A model generated the notes under the pieces. The model saw only the letters and a list, made by a program, of their open reading frames with translations, was not told where the DNA came from and made no database searches. A DNA stretch of 64,000 bases, taken from NCBI GenBank assembly GCA_910579185.1, contig CAJTTG010000007.1, forward strand, positions 6,979 through 70,978, read 5' to 3'. This document shows positions 58,321 through 64,000 of the stretch, in pieces. Origin of the DNA: an uncultured Muribaculaceae bacterium (lineage in GTDB: Bacteria; Bacteroidota; Bacteroidia; Bacteroidales; Muribaculaceae). Within the stretch, counting starts at the first letter, position 1. Each line of letters starts with the position of its first letter. A program made the position numbers and the translations under genes.

Positions 58321-58758
58321 ATGGCTACACATAAAATTGAGATTCCCTCGGTGGAGGCTTTGCCTCAAGCTGCACAGAAGTTCCTGGAAATAATGGACTC
58401 CAACACCATCTTTGCTTTCAATGGACAGATGGGAGCCGGAAAGACAACGTTTATCATGGCATTGCTCCGTGCGTTGGGTGTGGAGGACGATCTTGCCGGA
58501 TCGCCGTCGTTTGCGCTGATCAACGAATACCGCTCTGACACGACTGCCGAACTGGTCTACCATTTCGACCTCTATCGTCTTGAATCGTTGGAGGAAGCTC
58601 TTGAGATCGGTGTTGAGGACTATTTCGACTCCGGTGCCGTTTGCCTGATCGAGTGGCCCGACCGCATCGCCGACATTTTGCCGCTCGACACCGTCACCGT
58701 CGATCTGACCGTCAATCCGGATCAGACCCGAACCATGACCATTGTCACTCCCGAGTGA
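58321..58758 (+). CDS. tsaE: tRNA threonylcarbamoyladenosine biosynthesis ATPase TsaE
   Basis: 'GQMGAGKTT', 'SPSFALINEY', 'YHFDLYRL' and 'IEWP'. Confidence 0.97.
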   Translation: MATHKIEIPSVEALPQAAQKFLEIMDSNTIFAFNGQMGAGKTTFIMALLRALGVEDDLAGSPSFALINEYRSDTTAELVYHFDLYRLESLEEALEIGVEDYFDSGAVCLIEWPDRIADILPLDTVTVDLTVNPDQTRTMTIVTPE

Positions 58759-58985
58759 TGGAGCTTGGCATTGCGGCAATCATCATGGCCTCTTTGTTCG
58801 GATTGTGTGGAATAATGTCAATCCTGGCATCACTGCTTAACTGGGATTGGTTTTTCCGTTCAGCCAATGTGCGCATGCTGACATTCGGCATGCGCCGGCC
58901 ATGGCAGCGCGTGCTGTATGGGCTATGTGGGGTTGCTATGATTTTCATGGCAATCCGGTTGTTTCTCGACGCATCTGCGGTCTGA
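58758..58985 (+). CDS. Small membrane protein, Imm17-like
   Basis: Two TMs and 'LLNWDWFF'. TGATG coupling with tsaE. Confidence 0.7.
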   Translation: MELGIAAIIMASLFGLCGIMSILASLLNWDWFFRSANVRMLTFGMRRPWQRVLYGLCGVAMIFMAIRLFLDASAV

Positions 58986-59117
58986 ATCACCCCCTTAGGT
59001 GGTGAGAAATGGCATGAAATACCGAAAAAGTAAAAATAATCTGCAAAAAAATATGTAAAACAATTTGCAGAATCAAAAAATAGCCGTAACTTTGCATCGC
59101 AAAAACGAAATGCACCT

Positions 59118-59190
59118 GACTCCGTAGCTCAGTTGGTAGAGCAAATGACTCTTAATCATTGGGTCGAGAGTTCGAGCCTCTCCGGGGTCA
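59118..59190 (+). tRNA. tRNA-Lys (anticodon CTT)
   Basis: Cloverleaf with acceptor GACTCCG/CGGGGTC, D-arm AGCTCAGTTGGTAGAGC, anticodon arm AATGA-CTCTTAA-TCATT and T-loop TTCGAG. Promoter TAACTTTG just upstream. Confidence 0.97.
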
Positions 59191-59194
59191 CTAC

Positions 59195-59223
59195 AAAAGC
59201 CGAAGCGAAAGCTCCGGCTTTTG
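59195..59223 (+). terminator. Terminator after tRNA-Lys
   Basis: AAAAGCCGAAGC-gaaa-GCTCCGGCTTTT hairpin. Confidence 0.8.
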
Positions 59224-59332
59224 TATTTCCGCCCAGCAAGTCTGTAAATATCTACTGCCCCCTTAAATCTATATAAATCTGATGTTCCTCAATAAAATTA
59301 TGTACCTTTGCATCTATTACGCCACATAATTT

Positions 59333-61027
59333 ATGACGATTGATTTAGACTACATACTGCAACTCGCCCAAAATCATGAGGGCGTTGACATTGAATTTAA
59401 GGAAACCACCGGGCAACTTGACCGAGGGATGGAAACTTTATGCGGTATGCTCAATGGCGACGGCGGTATTGTGGTCTTTGGTGTCAAAAATTCGGGCAAG
59501 ATTGTCGGGCAGGAGATTGGAGACAAGACAACACGCATGATTGGCGAGGCTCTACGCCGCTTCGAGCCATCGGTTGAAATTCAGCCTCGCTACATCAAAC
59601 TGCCTGATACGGATAAATATCTGATTGTATTTGAGTCAATCGGAAATAATCCATCTGCGCCTTTCGCGTATGACGGCAGGCCGTATCAGAGGTTTGACAG
59701 TGTGACATCCATTATGCCGTTGGAGAAATTGATCCGTCTGCATGAGAAACGCAAAGGTCTAAAATATTGGTGGGAGAAGGAGGTTAATCCAAATCTCAAG
59801 ATCTCGATGATTGACGAGGGGTTGTTGCTGAAGATGATTTCAGCCGCTGTCAATGAGAACAGGCTCACAGGCTTGGCTCTGCGTGATGATACCACTACGG
59901 CGTTGCGCCGTCTTAACCTAATGACTGAGGATGGACTGCGCAACGCGGCTGCCATACTTTTTGGAAAGGATATGCGTGTGGAATATCCGCAATGCTCGCT
60001 ACGTATGGCTCGATTTAAGGGTGTCAAGAAAGTGGACTTCCTCGACAACCGCTGGGTTGAGGGCAATATCTTCGAACTTATGGATGCGGCGATGTCTTTC
60101 TTCTTCAAGCATCTTTCGCTGACTGGTACGACGCATCACCGTATCCGCCGCAAGGAGGAACTTGAAGTGCCGTCAAACGCTTTGAGAGAGGCTTGCCTCA
60201 ATGCCTTCACCCACAGGGCTTGGCAATTTGACAACCTTCAAGTGAATATCGCCATATATGATAACCGAGTGGAAATTGAAAATCCGGGGCGTTTCCCGGC
60301 GGACATCAATCCAAACGCGCTTGAAAGGAGCGAGGAGGAAAATAAGAAAAACACCTCCCAGCCTCAAAATGAGATTATCGCCAATGTTCTTTACCTCACC
60401 GGTACCACCGAGCATTGGGGACGCGGACTTGCGCTCATGTATGACGAGTGCGACCGCACGGGTGTGGAACGCCCCCGTTATTTCAACACTGAAAACTTCG
60501 TCCGCATCGTATTCAGGCGCCCCGATATGTCGAAATGGACTCATGACGGCTTTGTCAAAGACACAGTAGCCACCGAAAATGACACAGTAGCCACCGAAAA
60601 TGACACAGTAGCCACCGAAAATGACACAGCAGCCACCGAAAATGACACAGCAGACTCCGAAAATGACACAGCAGACTCCGAAAATGACACAGCAGACTCC
60701 GAAAATGACACAGTAGCTGTTGAAAATGGCACAGTAAAAAGAAATAATGGCACACTGCCTTCTGAAAATGGCACAGTAGAAGTCAAGCCAAGAATTTTAA
60801 GATTCATCAAATTATTTGGTGAAAACTGGCTATCTGCTATTCAAATTCAATGCCTTTTGGGACTTAAATCTAAAAGTGCGGTCATTAGGACGTATATTAA
60901 GCCTTCGTTGGAGAAGAGATTGATAATGTTAGAGCAACCTAATAGCCCTAATGCCCCAAACCAAAGGTATGGTTTGACCGACAAAGGGAAATCTCTTTAT
61001 TATCGCAAAGAAGACGATAAAGATTAA
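59333..61027 (+). CDS. AlbA_2 (Schlafen-like) plus HATPase-like plus wHTH protein with a 7-aa repeat linker
   Basis: 'EGVDIEFKE...LCGMLNGDGGIVVFGV', 'ALREACLNAFTHR', 'VEIENPG', 'EHWGRGL' and C-terminal 'PNAPNQRYGLT'. Confidence 0.88.
   Translation: MTIDLDYILQLAQNHEGVDIEFKETTGQLDRGMETLCGMLNGDGGIVVFGVKNSGKIVGQEIGDKTTRMIGEALRRFEPSVEIQPRYIKLPDTDKYLIVFESIGNNPSAPFAYDGRPYQRFDSVTSIMPLEKLIRLHEKRKGLKYWWEKEVNPNLKISMIDEGLLLKMISAAVNENRLTGLALRDDTTTALRRLNLMTEDGLRNAAAILFGKDMRVEYPQCSLRMARFKGVKKVDFLDNRWVEGNIFELMDAAMSFFFKHLSLTGTTHHRIRRKEELEVPSNALREACLNAFTHRAWQFDNLQVNIAIYDNRVEIENPGRFPADINPNALERSEEENKKNTSQPQNEIIANVLYLTGTTEHWGRGLALMYDECDRTGVERPRYFNTENFVRIVFRRPDMSKWTHDGFVKDTVATENDTVATENDTVATENDTAATENDTADSENDTADSENDTADSENDTVAVENGTVKRNNGTLPSENGTVEVKPRILRFIKLFGENWLSAIQIQCLLGLKSKSAVIRTYIKPSLEKRLIMLEQPNSPNAPNQRYGLTDKGKSLYYRKEDDKD
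60560..60779 (+). repeat. In-frame 21-bp tandem repeat, about 10.5 units
   Basis: GACACAGTAGCCACCGAAAAT and variants, encoding DTVATEN / DTADSEN. Confidence 0.95.
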
Positions 61028-61136
61028 AATGGCATAGTATTCCAAAAATGGCACAGTAGGATATAAGTAGGGCATATATAGAAGTAAGTAGAATACAAGT
61101 AGGAGTAAGTTGTAAATATCTACTGACCCCCGAATA

Positions 61137-61179
61137 GCAGCCAGCTCCCGACATCGCGCCGGGAGCTGGCTGCATTTTT
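61137..61179 (+). terminator. Intrinsic terminator between convergent genes
   Basis: GCAGCCAGCTCCCG / CGGGAGCTGGCTGC stem followed by ATTTTT. Confidence 0.8.
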
Positions 61180-61210
61180 GTATGATTAGCTGTTTTTTTG
61201 TTAATATTTT

Positions 61211-63277
61211 TCAACGGTTATCTTTGGTTTCGCGGTATTCCTGTATGCCGTCCACAACGTCAACATTGACTTTCTTGCCACCGGAGAAATTCCAAGCTAC
61301 GGATATGCCTATGTATTGAACGGGGGTGGTGTATTTGTACGATACTTTGTTTGCACCGACCTGTCGGTCAAGTTTGCGACGGTTGCCAACGGCTGTAAAG
61401 TCCAGTGCAACTTGTAGATTATCACCGAGGAATGTTTTGTAAATTTGTCCGCTTACATTGTAAACCGCGTGGTATGTGCGGTCGAGAGTGCGGAAGGTAG
61501 GCTCAAAGTTGGCGTTCAACATACCGCCCCAGCCATTGGAGAAAGTAAAGTTGTTGTTGAAATAGAAGTATTCCTTAAAACGGGTCTTGTTATATAGAAC
61601 GCCGTCGATAGTAGTATTTTCAGGTGTGATCTCAACTCGTCCTGACAGCTTGAAACGCCACCATTTCACAGGCGCTTCCACCCATTCCGCTCCGATACCC
61701 CAAACACCCTGCCCGGATATGTTTACGGGTTTGGTATAGAATACATCAGCGTTTGAAGCGTCTTGGAAAGTCTGCCAATATATGCGGTTGTGTGAGTGTG
61801 CGTACAAAGCCGTAAAGTTGAGTTTGTTGCGGAATAAGGATAAACCGGCCATTACCATATCAGCAGATTGCGCTTTTAGATTGGGATTGCCGACGGAATA
61901 GTTGTAGGCATCAGCCCAATTTATCACGGAGGATATGGCGGTATATGGAATATCGCTGAGGGTACGTTTATAGTTCAGCATAACAGCGTGGTTCATTCTC
62001 GCACCGAAAGGCATCATTACCTGTACGGTCGGATTTATAGACCATTGTGTGTTGTGGTTTGTGACGTGCTGTTCGCGGTCGGTATAGCCGATACGATTAA
62101 GCTGCCAGTTTAATCCGGCACTATAACGCAGTTTCCATACCATACCCTGTTCAGCGGCATATACGATAGGCGTAAAGCCTGTTGTCTTTGTCGGTATATC
62201 GCTTAATTCAAAACGGTTACTTTCCACAACAGCCGAGGGAGTAAATTCCGAAGTTATCCATTGGGCGGAAGCACCGAATTTCCAAGCGAGCTTTCTGCTA
62301 CGGGGATAAAGGAAGTCGGCCTTTACTTTCCAAAGGTTTAGATTGCTTTCGTCTGCCTGACTGCCGATAAGCTCGTTATCTATAAGATAATCGGCGTTAT
62401 CATCGCTCTGGCGGTTATAATAATCGGCAGTGAGTTCCATAGAAGCGCCACGATTATTCAGCGGCAAAGAGAATTTGATTGTGCCCTCTTGCGCAAGCAT
62501 ATTGGAGCGTTTATCGAAAGAAGATAAAGTTTCGTTTACGATTGAAGAAGAAGTAGGACGCGGACGGGTTGTAGCAATAAGATAGCTACCTCCGAGCTGT
62601 GCGCCGGACTTGAACTGCTGCGTAAGGCTTAACCGGTTGCGCAGATTAAAACCGTGCGACTTTGAGGTTTCTTCAATCACGGTGTTCAAGTCAGGACCAA
62701 TTAACCATTGTTCCGAATTTTCCTCCAACTTATCGGCACCTATATATAGGTTGTCGTATATACTGAGGTTTTTATAGCGGTAGTTGAAAAGTCCGCTCAC
62801 ACCTTCATTGCCAAAACCGCATGAGCGGTACCAGTCGGCATTGAGGGTAACATTTCCGTAGTAGCCACCTTCGGGTGGGCGACGCAGTGTTATCATAATT
62901 GTGCCACCGCTTAAAGCTGCGTTCTGATCGCTTCCGGCAAGATATTTTACCTGCACTTTGTCAATCATTTCTCCGGGAATGTTGTTGAGTTCCGAAATGT
63001 CGGAGAGTTTCACTCCGTCCACATAAATCTCGCTTACGGCAAGACCGTTGATTTTGAAGTTGCCGTTTTCGCGCGAGATATTCGGCAGAAAACCGAGCAC
63101 ATCGGTAGTCGGCTTGCCTTTGGCAATATTCGTTCCGCGCAGACTGGTGGTGTAACCCTCGGCATTGTTCGTGGTACGAGAGGCAACGACTGTTACCTCA
63201 TTGAGCTGACGCTCGGTTTGTGCAGCCAATGTCATGGTGACAAGTGCTGTAATGATTACTGATAATAACTTTTTCAT
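61211..63277 (-). CDS. Outer-membrane beta-barrel protein, TonB-dependent-receptor-like
   Basis: Signal peptide, 'LNEVTVVAS', plug-like 'DVLGFLPNI', 'GNPNLKAQ' and 'ISVAWNFSGGK'. Confidence 0.8.
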   Translation of the reverse strand: MKKLLSVIITALVTMTLAAQTERQLNEVTVVASRTTNNAEGYTTSLRGTNIAKGKPTTDVLGFLPNISRENGNFKINGLAVSEIYVDGVKLSDISELNNIPGEMIDKVQVKYLAGSDQNAALSGGTIMITLRRPPEGGYYGNVTLNADWYRSCGFGNEGVSGLFNYRYKNLSIYDNLYIGADKLEENSEQWLIGPDLNTVIEETSKSHGFNLRNRLSLTQQFKSGAQLGGSYLIATTRPRPTSSSIVNETLSSFDKRSNMLAQEGTIKFSLPLNNRGASMELTADYYNRQSDDNADYLIDNELIGSQADESNLNLWKVKADFLYPRSRKLAWKFGASAQWITSEFTPSAVVESNRFELSDIPTKTTGFTPIVYAAEQGMVWKLRYSAGLNWQLNRIGYTDREQHVTNHNTQWSINPTVQVMMPFGARMNHAVMLNYKRTLSDIPYTAISSVINWADAYNYSVGNPNLKAQSADMVMAGLSLFRNKLNFTALYAHSHNRIYWQTFQDASNADVFYTKPVNISGQGVWGIGAEWVEAPVKWWRFKLSGRVEITPENTTIDGVLYNKTRFKEYFYFNNNFTFSNGWGGMLNANFEPTFRTLDRTYHAVYNVSGQIYKTFLGDNLQVALDFTAVGNRRKLDRQVGANKVSYKYTTPVQYIGISVAWNFSGGKKVNVDVVDGIQEYRETKDNR

Positions 63278-63434
63278 ATCGTTGAGAATTTTGAATTTTC
63301 ACACTGCAAAGTTATGATGAAAATGCCGCCTCAACCTACTTAAACGGCAACAAAATTCTCTTAATCAGCCACTGCAACTATCTGATTATTAATGCATATT
63401 CTGCTTAAAAGTCTTAAATTATCTCAATACTATC

Positions 63435-64000
63435 TTAAGCCATTTCTGACATATCGAATTTCGATGTAAGATAGACCAATATGTCCTCTTTTGCACCCAC
63501 TCCGAGTTTCTTTCTTATGGCTGTCTTACTAACATAAATTGAGTTTGAAGTCTGTTCCACAAGCACTCCTATTTCTTTTGTTGAGAAGCCGGCTTGAATG
63601 AGACAAAGTATATTTATCTCACGTTCCGAAAAAAGGTCAGGATATTCTGAAATCAAATTTTTATGGAAATTGTCATACAATTCATCTATGATTGGATAGA
63701 AATCGTCCCATTTTATGAGACTGTCCCCATTGGAATCGGGACTGCCGACACTGCTGATTTTCCTCAGTGCCTCTTGATTCTGTGATGTGGGAGATTCAGC
63801 AAAAGTCTTGATTATACCAAGGTGCTGTAGCAGGTGTTTTTTCAAAAGACCCTGCTTGTCGTCTGACGCAATATTCTGTGCAGATTTTACAAGTTGTTCA
63901 AGTGTCTCAATCTTTTCCTCAGCATCAATTAAACGTTGACGTCGTTTATGTGACGCATAAGTAACCAATGATATCGTTATGACGGCAAAAAGGATGATAA
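63435..64000 (-). CDS. Membrane-anchored LuxR-type HTH regulator (5' part lies outside the window)
   Basis: End of a TM, a coiled coil, then 'SEREINILCLIQAGFSTKEIGVLV...AIRKKLG'. Confidence 0.8.
   Translation of the reverse strand, partial: IILFAVITISLVTYASHKRRQRLIDAEEKIETLEQLVKSAQNIASDDKQGLLKKHLLQHLGIIKTFAESPTSQNQEALRKISSVGSPDSNGDSLIKWDDFYPIIDELYDNFHKNLISEYPDLFSEREINILCLIQAGFSTKEIGVLVEQTSNSIYVSKTAIRKKLGVGAKEDILVYLTSKFDMSEMA

Noticed and set aside
58758..58985. Toxin-immunity locus implied by the Imm17-like gene
   Set aside because: No toxin is adjacent, and the gene is translationally coupled to housekeeping tsaE.
60555..60755. Antisense ORF with LLCHFR repeats
   Set aside because: It is the reverse-strand reading of the 21-bp coding repeat.
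59118..64000. Prophage or ICE integrated at tRNA-Lys
   Set aside because: No integrase, tRNA 3' duplication, phage gene or conjugation gene is visible in the window. An element extending past the right edge cannot be excluded.

Overview
Chromosomal window from a Bacteroidales bacterium, probably Muribaculaceae-like (inferred from the TAnnTTTG promoters, the SusC/D PUL, the T9SS genes porW and porX, and moderately high GC). Housekeeping genes: rpsA, der, era, fabH, rpmF, yceD, aroA, tsaE, a THUMP rRNA methyltransferase and tRNA-Lys(CTT). Accessory loci: (1) a cobalamin riboswitch ahead of a DUF4465-type lipoprotein; (2) a sialidase; (3) a TonB receptor plus an HMA protein with a Cys-rich tail; (4) an AT-rich operon of orphan lipoprotein or immunity-like genes at 17-22 kb; (5) a thioredoxin / C39-like-VKOR / double-glycine peptide cluster next to a LytS/LytTR pair, with an unannotated 6S-like structured RNA between them; (6) a REP-associated tyrosine transposase (RAYT) with a BIME-like array of GTAG REPs; (7) an N-glycan PUL with a degenerate GH18 motif, bracketed by two different REP families; (8) a single ORF fusing a ZnuB-type metal ABC permease to the T9SS lipoprotein PorW/SprE through an internal lipobox, directly upstream of porX; (9) an AlbA_2/HATPase gene with a 21-bp tandem repeat, flanked by a 15-bp direct repeat beside the tRNA. 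All calls come from reading motifs by eye. No database searches or folding programs were run.
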